Below, one piece after another: positions 53,105 to 64,000 of a stretch of 64,000 nucleotides of DNA. The DNA comes from Amphiscolops sp. MND2022 (Eukaryota): assembly GCA_964187785.1 (NCBI GenBank), contig OZ076409.1, positions 24,368,001-24,432,000 of the forward strand, given 5' to 3'. Made by a program: the position numbers and the translations under genes. Each line of letters starts with the position of its first letter. The stretch's first letter is position 1. A model generated the notes under the pieces. The model was given only the letters and a program-made list of their open reading frames with translations, searched no databases and was not told the DNA's origin.

Positions 53105-56100
53105 ATGTCGCTTGATGCGAAAGCATTGGAACAATTGCGCCGTTCAAGATCCAACATCTTGGGAATCATTACAAAAAATTCGATAAAAACCAATCCCATC
53201 GCAGTGAAAGATGCAATCAATGTAACACTTGAAGATATAAGATCTTTGAAAAGCATTCGCACAATGCTACACTCAAAGCTCACGCTAGTGGAGGAACTCA
53301 GCGAAGCTATTTCCGATAAAATCAATCCAGACGACTCAATGGATGAAGAAAACGAGATTCACTACGACATTGAGATTAAAATCAGGGGACGACGAGAAAA
53401 TTGAAGAAATCTTGACTAGGCTAAACGTTAAAGAGCCTACTGAGACACCCTCTCATTTAACCAACAAAACAGGTTTGAAAATGCCAAAAATTGACCTTCC
53501 GAAATTCACAGGGAAATATAAAGACTGGGTGCCATTCTATGATCAGCTCAAATCTGCTGTGGATAAAAACGATAGTATTTCTTCAGACGTACAGAAACTG
53601 AATTACTTGGAAGCATCTTTGCAAGGCGAAGCCGCAGAAATTCTCTCGCACTTACCCTTAACAAACTCAAATTATAGAATCGGATTGAAATTGTTGGAGG
53701 ATCAGTATTCCAACAAACGGCTAAAACTGAAGTCGCATATGGATGCAATCCTGCAAGCTCCGCCTCTCTGTATCGAATAAAAAGAAGGATTGCGGAGATT
53801 ACAGCAAACTTTTGATGAAAATTTGATGGCAATGGAAGCAATGAGTATCAACAGCAAAGTCAATTGTTTTTTCTGGGTTCATATCGTGTCTGAGAAATTA
53901 GACCCAGAAAGCAGAAGACAGTGGGAGCTTGATAGTGCTGGTGATGATATCAGAAAAATCGATGATTTGCAAAAAAGCCATTAAACGTGCCAAAGCTCTA
54001 GAAGCCTCTAAGAAAAATGAAATACAATCGCCACGAAGTGAAAAACAATGCCTGTCGTCACACAAGCAACAAACAGTTCAAAGTTATAAAGCGACAGCAA
54101 TTCATTGTCCCAGTTGCTCGGATCCACACAGTCTTTCAGTGCAATCGATTCAAGAATATGTCACTGACAGAAAGACGTAATCTGGCGTATAGCTGGAAAT
54201 TGTGCTTCAATATCCTTGGAGATGGACACATGACTCGGGATTGCAGTTCAAAATCCACATGCAAAAAACGCCAAAAAAACACAATACTCTATTGTATCCA
54301 GAAAAGGTAGATACAAGGAAAACAGTACCAATCGATCAGAATACAGCTTTGCATCAATCAACACCGCAGTTCGACAGTGGTTCTTCCGACTGCAAAAATT
54401 CCAGTTATAGCATCCAGTGGTTCCATTTTTAAATGTCGTGCTCTGCTTGATAGTGGTGCTCAATTGAATATGATGACTGAAGATTGCGCACAACGACTCC
54501 AATTGAAACGCACACCAGCTTCCATGCGATTAAACGGAACCGTTAGTTGTCAGAATATTTAGTGATTTTCATAATCCAAAAACCCCGCGTTCCAACTTTC
54601 GAGGTAAAGGCTCTTGTAAAGCCAAACTCATCTCAATTCCTTCCAACTCATTCCTTCAAATTGAAAGGTTGTTTATAATCAAGGTCAATCAATCTCGCTG
54701 ATCCCGAGTTCATAGAATCTAGACAAATTGATTTGATTTTCGGATCAGACGTCTAAGAACACATCATTCTGGACGGAAAATTGCAAGCAGACAACGGCCT
54801 CCATTTGCGAAAAACAATTTTCGGGTGGGTGGTCTCTGGAAAAATTTTGGAACAAAATAATCAAGTTCATACTGTAACTGTTCTGAAAACAGATTTTGAC
54901 TTGAAACGTTTCTGGGAGCTGGAGGAAGTTCAGCTGCCTCAAAAAATGACGGAAAAAATTCAATGCGAGTAGCATATTGTCGATACCACAGAACAAGCCG
55001 AACATGGAAGATTCATTGTGAAATTATCATTCAAGCAACCGCAGAGAGCATTGGGCGACAGCTTTGTGCAAGCAAAACGCCTATTCTTGTCAGTAGAACG
55101 TCGCCTGACAGCAAATCCTCAACTACATGAAAAATACAAAGCTTTCACGAAAGAATTCATGGACTTATATCACCTGAAAGAAATTTCAGCAGACGAAGCG
55201 ATAAACCATCTTAGGAAACTTATTACTTGCCTTACCACTGTATATTCAAAGAAGAATCAACAACAACGAAGCTCAGAGTGGTCTTTGACGGATATGCGAA
55301 AACCAGCAATGGACAATCTCTGAATGAAACTCTGATGATAGGCGCCAAGCAACAGCCAGATTTGTATTCCACTCTTGCGTTTCCGATTCCACAAGATAGC
55401 ATTGTCTGGTGATATCGCCAAAATGTATCGCCAAATTGCATTGCACGAGGACGATAAAGACTTCCATCGCATACTTTGGCACGATAATCTACAGGAAGCC
55501 ATAAAACACTTGAGAATGACACGAGTGACGTCTGGCATTGCATCTTCATCATTTCATTCCATAAGAAGTCTGTAAGAAATAGCCAACAGTTTCGGAAGAT
55601 TGGCTCAAGAGAGCAATTTTGCATGATTTTTACGTCGATGAAGATCTTGGTGGAGCAGCGGACAATGATTCTGCTCAAGAACTTGTTCTCGCATTGATTC
55701 AGGAACTGAGATTTGGATTTGAATTGCGCAAGTGAATCAGCAGCAAGTCTGCTATCACGCTCTCCCTACCTGAAAATTTACGAGAAACAGCAGAAAGTTT
55801 CAAAATACTGGACAAAGAATATCACATTAAAACTCTTGGAGTTCGTTGGAACACTAATCCTGACACATTCACTTACAAGGTCAATCTTAACGATATCAGA
55901 ACACATACCAAAGCACTTTCAGACATCTCTAAATTATTTGATCCTAATGGATGTTCGGGACCAATCATCATTAAATACAATTGCCAAAAGTTCTGGCAAT
56001 TGGGACTTGAGTGGGATCTTAATTGCCAAACAACATCACAGAAGAATGGTTGTCATCACGTGACAGTCTCAAACAGTTAGAGAATCTTTAGATTACTCGC

Positions 56101-58225
56101 TGTGTTGAGCCAGAAAAAAGTTCCACTTCCAGTTATATCTTTTCACTGATGCCAGTGAGAACGCTTATGCGGCGACTGTGTATAGTCGTTTTCAATCATC
56201 AGATGGATGAGTTTCAGTTCAACTTCCAGTTGCGGAAACACGTGTAGCGCCTGTGAAGGAAGTCAGTTTGCCTCGGTTGGAGTTGTGCGGTGCACAATTG
56301 GGAACTCGGCTTATCAAGACAGTTATTGAATCACTACAATCCCTGGCCATTTCCATTGATTCAGTTCACGCTTGGACTGAATCAACAATTGTATTGCAAT
56401 GGCTCAATCAACTCTTACGAACTTGGGCGACGTTTGTCGAAAACCGAGTTTCGGAAATCCAAGATTTTCTCCCAAAGAACAGGTGGAACCACGTCCCCTC
56501 TCAAAATAATCCTGCTGACTTGTCGGCTCGCGGCGGAGCAGATGTCAGTCTCTTTTGCAAACTAAACTTTGGTGGAATAGACTAGACTTCTCGAACTCTT
56601 TATAAGTCGAATGGCCACCACAACCCCAATTATCAAGTACCCCACCGGAGAGTCGATGCAAACAAACTGCTGGGAACAATTGTGCGTCAAACTTGAGTAC
56701 AGCCACAGAATCAACTGAATTATGGGATACAGAACGTTTCTCCAGCTTTAACAAATAACTCCGGCTAATTGCTTTCGCGCAAATATCCATACAATTAATG
56801 AAAAGGCACGATCGTTCGAAGCACATATCAGCAACAGATTTGGAAATTGCAAAGAATTGTTTTACGAAGTCATCAAAAATCTTTTTCCCGAAAGAAATGA
56901 ACGCTTTAGAAACAGGATTGAGTTTGAAAAAGGATAGTACTTTGTTTACTCAACCTGTCACCCTTCTACGACACTGAGACCGAAACAATCAGAGTAGGTA
57001 GTTGTTTGGCACAGGGACAGTTTAGAGACTCCAAAAAATTTCCATATTTGATAAGCAAAGCGTCCAACTAGCTGTCCTGATTTTGAGGCATTATTATGAA
57101 GCGACTCTTCATGGCGGCGGGCTGCTTACGCTCAACACTAGTCGTGAAGAATTCTGGATACTAATGGCAGAGATACAACGAGAAGAGTTATCAAGAATTG
57201 TGTTCTATGCAGCAGACTCGAAAACAAACCTCCGATGCAAATGATGGCGGATCTCCCAATGGAACGAATTACAATTGCGAAACCTTTCCAAACAGATTGA
57301 CCAGGATTGACCAGGACCAATCGTCACCGAACCAAAAGTAAAAACATACAACGCAGTTTTTGTATGTTTTGTAATCAAAGCAGTACATATTGAACTTGTA
57401 GAAAATTTGACTAAGGAAGCTTGCATGTCAGCCAAAAAACGATTTACTGCCAGACGAGGATTGCCACAAAAACTTTTCAGTGACAATGGACGAAATTTTA
57501 TCGGAACAAGGAATGACATGATACGACTACAGGAATTAATAAACAAAGATGGCAATAAGAAATCAATTGGCAATTTCATTTCGCAACTAGGAAAAGAATG
57601 GCTGACCATTCCCCCTAGAGCACCGCACTTTGGAGGCCTATGGCAAGCTGCTATTAAAAGCATGAAACGCCATCTGCGACGAAAAGTTGGATTGTATATT
57701 CTTTCATTTGAAGAACTTAACACAGTTGTGCTACGAATCGAATCAATTCTGAATTCCAGACCATTGGCAGCTATGTCTAATGACCCCAACGATCTGCAGC
57801 CTATAACCCCAGCACATTTTCTACTAGGAAGGCCAGCCAATGATATCCCTTCGGCAACTGAAAACATGGATGAAAATATCTCATTGACTCAGAGGTTCAA
57901 ACTGTTAGAACGAATCTGAAGGTCCTTTTGGAAGTCCTGGTACAGAGACTATCTGGTAATCTCCAAGTACGAAAAATGGCTAGCTTCGGGACCATCTTTT
58001 GCGGAAGGCGATTTAGTGCTGATTGCTGAAGATGATCTCCCACCTCTTAGATGGCAAATGGCTCGAATTGAGAAATTGTATGCTGGAAACGATATTAGCC
58101 GAGTTGTGACGTTGAAAACATCAAACGGAAGCTTGATTCGACCTGTTGTAAAAATCAGAAGGCTCCCCATTCAAAATCCCAACCAGTCGCCAGCTTTAGT
58201 AACCCTCGCTCACATAAATAGTTGA
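53105..58225 (+). pseudogene. BEL/Pao gag-pol pseudogene
   Basis: Many frameshifts and stops; gag, Cys-His knuckles, protease, RT, RNase H and integrase in BEL order. Confidence 0.9.
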
Positions 58226-59700
58226 GTGAAGAAATGCCTAAACTCCATTTCCTCAATTTTTTCGAACTTCAAAACCTCATAAATCAACATTAAAGCCGAA
58301 TTTCGAAAATCCGGGATGTAAAAATCTCCGCAAGAGTCTCCTGAATGCAATAATACCCCTCACAACTCTGACGGACTGCTCATCTCCGATGGCGTTGATT
58401 TTGAATACAATCACCCTTAACTATAGCACAGAATCTCATCAAATTTTGAATAACTTCCAAAAAGAATGAAACTTGAATTACTCATCAAAAAGAGCTTCAC
58501 ATGATATGAGTGCTTTGTAGTATTATCCATTTGGATTTCATTTTTTGTTTATCAATGACTCACAATCAACTGCTACTGCTGAGTGTGACTTCCATAGTTG
58601 ACTTCATTCATCGAACAATTCCTTGCAGTGATTGATTTCTTCAGCGTTTATTAGTCATCATTGACTAACTAAACTTATAGGGAACTACGCAGCCTCCAAT
58701 TCTCACATCAAAAGCATCAACAGATAGATGTCAACTATCTGATTATTGGTTGGAGATATTTACATCCTTGATTGGACTCAATCGATTGGAGTATTCTTTC
58801 AATCCATCTGTTTAGCCTACTTGAAGAGGACAAAACACATGGGCAGATTATAATAATCAATGACGATTCATTTGTGCTTTCTATTGGACTCTGAACTTGT
58901 CATGCACAATTTACATCACATGTACTATCGAAAATATTGAAGCTGCTGGCTCCAAGGGGGCCGAAAATGTTAAAGCTCAAATATTCTGTCAATGAAGCAA
59001 AACCGCGTGAAAGAATAAAGACACGTTAAAAACAATTTAATACTTTACTTCGACTTGTTCACGCTTTTTCATTGTTTCTCTTTGCAAATTTCTGATCAAT
59101 TCACGCTCTTCAAAACTCACTAAAAACTAAATTCGCGCAATAATAAATAAATCTTCTTTTTATACGACTTTTCGACAAAGTCTACAACAACGACTACTTA
59201 ATGTAATTTTTCGAAACTCACTACCCAATCTCAATTTCCATACATTTGTTTTTATACATTTTTTCAATCCGCTCGAACTGACCAAAAAATCTTAAGAAAG
59301 TTCAATATCTAACGAAGACCCAAAGGGTAAAATAAACCCCTTTGATTTTTCAACATTTGGATTATAAAGATTCATGAGACCGAAAGAGCTGAACTATTTT
59401 TTTGGGATTTTTTCCCGTCTCTCATGATTTCTATATTTTCAGTTACGGGAAGTTAGTTTAAAGCTTTTTGGACACGAAAACTTCCTCAAAAACGACCTAA
59501 GTATATTTAAAACTCTGCTGGTTGAGCCTTGGGCGGGCGTCGATGTTCTCGGCTTTTCTTTTATCAAAAATCGAAAACGAAAATTCGATTGTCCCCAACA
59601 CCAAACTACTCTTTTAAAACATTGAGTGTCAGCCTCGTTAAATCGTAATTATCACGGGGATTTATACATTTCTGGCCGTAGGGTAAAAAGATGTTCTAAC

Positions 59701-59836
59701 CCAGCAGCGAATGGGCCAGTGTTGTGAATCTGAGGCGGTGCCCCATAGCCCTCACCCTTGATGTTGGCACCCCAGAATCCCACCGTCACGCCCGCAATAT
59801 CCATTCGACCTCCTCTAGCACTCACCGCTTGCTTAC
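59701..59836 (-). CDS. FAM120A: FAM120-family gene exon
   Basis: GKQAVSARGGRMDIAGVTVGFWGAN resembles the conserved FAM120A GGKLEIAGTVVGHWAG motif; phases fit its neighbours. Confidence 0.82.
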
Positions 59837-60138
59837 CTGGCCAAAAACGTCACTCAGATTATTCAACAAAAATGGATCAAGATTAGTCTCAAGCTATCAC
59901 GTCAAACAATTAATCCAGGACTCTAAAAATTTTAAACAACTAATGCAACAAATATTTCAGAGGCAATTACAGTCCATCAACTTTCTTCACTTGACCTCAC
60001 TTTGTTGTAAATGATTTCTCATTCTGAATTAACAAATCTACTGAAACTTCTGAAATCTACTGAAATTCTGAAATTTCACGTGCGAATTTAGATTTGAAAT
60101 GCAGACAACTCTTTGATATTTCTCTATCATAATCTTAC

Positions 60139-60340
60139 CTCTAGAGTAGTTGGCACTACCCCTCCGTGCAGATCGCTGTGGGTGAGGACCGTGGTTGTTG
60201 TGGGGAATGTTAGAAGCGGGTGAAGAGGCGTGGATCACAGACCCGTACAGCCCCAGCGTTTGTCTGTATGACATGAATTGCACATTCAAGCTAGCCGTGA
60301 TGGCCTTGCTCATCGTTTCCAATTTCAAAACCTTCTCCTC
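60139..60340 (-). CDS. FAM120A: FAM120-family gene exon
   Basis: TTGCAG|EEKVLKLETMSKAITASL...YSR|GTAAG, phase 0 to 1. Confidence 0.82.
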
Positions 60341-61044
60341 CTGCAACACAAGTTGCCTATGTTGTGTAAAACGGCGTTCGTTAAATAGCTACATTGAGGT
60401 ATTTTACTCGTACGGCGACAACTCATATCAAGCGATAACTTATATCAATCGGAATTCATGTCAGAAAATTAAAATCTACATGAGAAAATTTATTCCAAAT
60501 ATTTCATTAGATTATAGAGAAAATTAGATAATAAAATAGTAAGAGTTCATGGTAAATATCAGTGTAACTTTGGAATTTCGAATTACAATTAATTATGTTT
60601 GTTAATAATTTGTTCTTGAAGTAAAATTTAGGTAGTTGTAACCTATTGGCAAACTTGATGAGTTCCTAGTTGATATGAATTATCGCTTAATGAGTTGTCG
60701 CTTTTTCAAATTGATATTAGTTGTCGCTTGATATGAGTTACCGCTATGACACGGGAATTTTTCAAAAAATGCTTAGTATTTTAAAAAATACTCATGATCT
60801 CTCAATTTTGGAACGTCTTTCAATTTCATCAGCGAATACGACAGCTGGTCAAATGACCCGCCATTGAGCATACATTGACTAAGTATGATTCAATAAGGAA
60901 CACATTTTAATGCCATCAACTGATCTGAAACCTGATTTCCAAACGTTTCAGTAAATTCGATCCATCTCTCATTTCGAAATGGACAAACCAGCTTCAAAAG
61001 TTGGTCAAAGATCAATACACTTCAATTATTGTTAAAGTTGGCAC

Positions 61045-61369
61045 CTGATGTTTGCACATCTCCTTGCGAGTGCTGCCGTAATGAGCATGAGAGAGCATCA
61101 TCTGGAATAGCTTGCCATCGAAGAAGGTCCAGAAAGCGCAATATTTAAGAGGAATGGGTTGTCCACACGCATCATTGGCTATGACTGCGTAGTGACAGCC
61201 CTGCATGAAGATGGAGGCCAGCTCCATCGCTCGGGTAGACAGTCTCTCCACGTGGATAGCACCCAGCTGATCAGGACCCCAGTTGCTCAGCTCTATTGCT
61301 TGCAGCAGGAACGCATCCAGTTCAGTTGACGTCATGAAACACGCGGGGTTGCTATAGCTCACTATGTAC
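61045..61369 (-). CDS. FAM120A: FAM120-family gene exon (constitutive coactivator of PPAR-gamma-like core)
   Basis: ELDAFLLQA, RAMELASIFMQG, ANDACGQPIP and FFDGKLFQ are FAM120 hallmark motifs. Confidence 0.92.
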
Positions 61370-61433
61370 CTGCAGATGCAATGAAGGAAGGTTTGAATGA
61401 CTGGTAGTAAGCTTTGAAACGACTTACAACTTT

Positions 61434-61856
61434 AAACAAGCCGGGAACGGCCCAAGTCGGCACCATATCTAAGGCTCAAAAATAGCAAAAGGACTTCAAA
61501 ATGTCAAAGTATTGGTGAATTGGGGACCTTTTCATGAAAAAAAATTGAAAAAAAGTCTCACAATGCCGAAAAAAACTGAAAGGGGGACCCTTTGGAATTT
61601 CTTACCATCCAATCTGTCGGAAAATATTAAAAAATTGGAAGGGGGACCCTTCGGTGAAAGTCTCACAGAGCCGAAAATACTCTAAGGGAGTACCCTTTGG
61701 TCCCGTTGAGTTTCTTAGATGATGTAAGCTAAGTAAGAATTGTAAGAAATTGTCAGAATTGTAAGTGGACCATTCAGAGTGAGATTGTCGGCTGAAAAAA
61801 ACTACCCACTGTACTAGTCGGGCCTTTTTCCTTGAGGGAAAGGCGCCGACTAAAAA
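61434..61856 (-). mobile_element. HINE family A copy
   Basis: Minus strand: TTTTTAGTCGGCGCCTTT...AAAGGCCCGACT 5' hairpin; 3' GCCGACT + GCCG-TTCC-CGGC + TTGTT. Confidence 0.8.
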
Positions 61857-61897
61857 CGAGTAGCTATCTAGCGGGCTCAAGTGAGAATGTTCCATCA

Positions 61898-63171
61898 CCT
61901 CGCATTACGATACATATGCCGCAAAAGTGGAATTTATCATCAAGCGTGAAGTGTATTTTCCGTAAAACGAGAGCGAGCCGTATTCTAGTCAAACAGTGCA
62001 TCGTGTTCTTTGCGGATTGTGATACACAGAGTATTCAGATATCATGTATCATTGAGCGTAATTAGAGAAAAGTGGAAACCAGTAAAGAATTTGAGTACAC
62101 ACCGTGAGTGAAAAAACTCCAAATGATGCTTCCATTCGTGTGTGAAGTGGAAACCAGTCAAAGTACGTAAATGTAGAGAATGTAAAGTAGTCATTTACTA
62201 TATTTTGATCACTACGCGTAACGCCAAATAACACAGTGTAACGAGCAAAACTCGTAACGCGTACCAGACTGTAATAAATGAATTGGACCTCTGATTGTAA
62301 AAAATGATTGGGACTCGATTGAAGGAGACCAAAATCTTCTGAACGAAAAAGTAATTTGGAAAACCGTAAAACTAGAAGTTTAATAAAATTTAAAGTTGAT
62401 TACAAACATTTTACAAAGTTGATTAATTTAAAGTTGATTACAAAGATCAATATGCAAAAACTTAGAAACTATGCATTTCACTACCGATTTCGATTCTAAC
62501 TCGTTTTAGTTCAAACTTCTAAAGCCTTGAGTGTTGGAAAAAATTAGTTTTTAATCTTTCAGACGCTTTTTCAACAAAAGTATCCACTAAAATGTTTTTT
62601 ATAGCAAAACTTTGAAAAGAAACCTCCTTGAACAGGACATTTCAGAGAAAGAAACTTGAATGCAATGTATTAAGATAGGGCATAAAATTATTTTTGAAAG
62701 AAGCCTTATATAATTACAGTTTTCTCAAGTTTTCCGTAAACAAAACATATCGTCAGTAGTGGATGGATTAATCTCTATCAACATTCCAAAGTCAAGTGCG
62801 TCTCTGTCAAGTGCGTCTATGAGACGTCTAATTTAGCAAAAATTTGCTCCTAGATCAAAATTTAGTAGTGAATACAAGTTGTTGAAAGTGATATTACAAA
62901 GCTCGAAAACTGTTTGCAAAACTGATTCTGAGGTGTTTTCACAAATTTAATAATATTTGATAAGGCGTTTTTTGATCACCTTGAAAATCACTCGGGTTTC
63001 GAGCTAATTTATTTTCAGTCCAAATTATTTTTTAAAACCAGGGGTCCAATTCATTAATTACAGTATGGTATTTGAAATAAGAACGTTTTTACAGCGTTTT
63101 TATTGGCTGTTAATCGAGCTAGCAAGATCTTGCTAGTTCGTTGCGGCATATGTATCGTAATGCGTGAAAGG
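61898..63171. mobile_element. Non-autonomous TIR element with a nested TA-flanked MITE (62264-63068)
   Basis: 24-bp perfect IR CGCATTACGATACATATGCCGCAA (61901-61924 / 63141-63164), possible TCA TSD; inner IR CCA(G/T)ACTGTAAT(A/T)AATGAATTGGACC with TA flanks. Confidence 0.75.
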
Positions 63172-63722
63172 TCACTACGATCACTAAAATTCAACTTAAG
63201 CATTTTTACTTCTTAGATAGAATTGCTCATCGGACTAAAACCAATTTGTTTCAATTTCATAACATACATGCAAACAAGTACACCAACTTGAATTTCAGAA
63301 AAAAAGCCCCAGTCGGCAACACTCATAAAATGTGAACATGTCGCAAAAATTGGCAATATTTCACGTTTTTGAGTGTTTCGGTTAGACTCGGTTAACTGTT
63401 GAAACTATCAAAAAAACCGATTTTACAACAGACTTAATAGAGTGTTTCCGAATCCATGTCCAAACTGTTCAACCGATCATAACAGCATTTTAATGGCAAA
63501 ACTTCAATGGACTCTGGATATGAGAAAATCAGTTTCAACAAATAGGAAAAACGAAAAAAATAGCGGTATATCGTTTGAGCCTACAAGTAACACAGTCTAT
63601 ATGCGGTAATTTTTTCTAAAAAAAATCGATTCGTAAATAACCGTATCTATGAAATATGAAAGTCTTCTGTATCCAACTCTCTTTTGACATGAAAACATTT
63701 CAACAAAGCTGAATTATTAGAC

Positions 63723-63954
63723 CTTAACACACAGCAGAGGAAGAGGAATTGGGGCGGCAGTTTGCGCATGCAGTCCAGGTCAGAGTTCATGCAGGAGAGG
63801 AATGCACGCAGTCGGGTAGAGTCAGCCTCTGCAGCCGTCATTGTCCACAGGTCGTGCAGAGAGGGCACCAGCCATGGCAGCCCCGCAGGAGACACTTTTA
63901 CCGGAACTTCGGGGTCCACGTTTTTGCCAGACACCCACTCAGTCACGCTTATAT
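63723..63954 (-). CDS. FAM120A: FAM120-family gene exon (gene continues beyond the window)
   Basis: VTEWV...VPSLHDLW...RLRAFLSCMNSD...CCVLR|Y; TGCAG acceptor and AG|GT donor in phase with the next exon. Confidence 0.9.
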
Positions 63955-64000
63955 CTGCATACAAAAAACAATTTGCGTAAAAATCTCATTCTGAGAACAT

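Larger units (their letters stand above)
51792..59189 (+). mobile_element. BEL/Pao LTR retrotransposon, decayed, antisense in a FAM120 intron
   Basis: LTR TGTT...TACAACA at 58968-59189 after PPT CAAGGGGGCCGAAAA; 5' LTR 51792-~53029 split by a HINE; PBS-like TGGTCCG at 53036. Fragments: MPKIDLPKFTG, ALLDSGAQ, TTKLRVVFD, PRLELCGA, FSDNGRNF, APHFGGLW. Confidence 0.95.

Overview
This is an AT-rich animal (invertebrate-like) genomic window, not prokaryotic. Four host genes can be read by hand. (1) An EGF + zona pellucida (ZP) domain membrane protein, + strand, ~14.3-42.9 kb, with a 19-kb intron. (2) WDR76/CMR1, - strand, 2 exons. (3) An intronless RING/B-box/coiled-coil (TRIM-like) gene, - strand. 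(4) The 3' part of a FAM120-family gene, - strand, 6 exons. The rest is mostly mobile DNA: a decayed Ty3/gypsy (Mag-like) element lacking integrase, two decayed BEL/Pao elements, and TIR MITEs with 2-bp or 9-10-bp target duplications. There are also many non-autonomous Helentron/Helitron2-type (HINE/DINE-1-like) elements, a 4 x 1.79-kb tandem array and two nucleosome-length satellites. The most notable observations are these. The WDR76 intron looks like a TIR transposon whose 10-bp target duplication supplies both splice sites (introner-like). Three HINE end-types share one architecture with covarying hairpins; some carry tRNA-derived cassettes and one carries a ~177-bp higher-order satellite. 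One BEL/Pao insertion has an extra upstream 3'UTR-PPT, a 12-bp flanking duplication and a ~714-bp identical tract. A NAGNAG acceptor could switch the ZP protein between stop and membrane anchor. A structured GC-rich ncRNA candidate lies upstream of WDR76. All calls are from manual reading; no searches were run.
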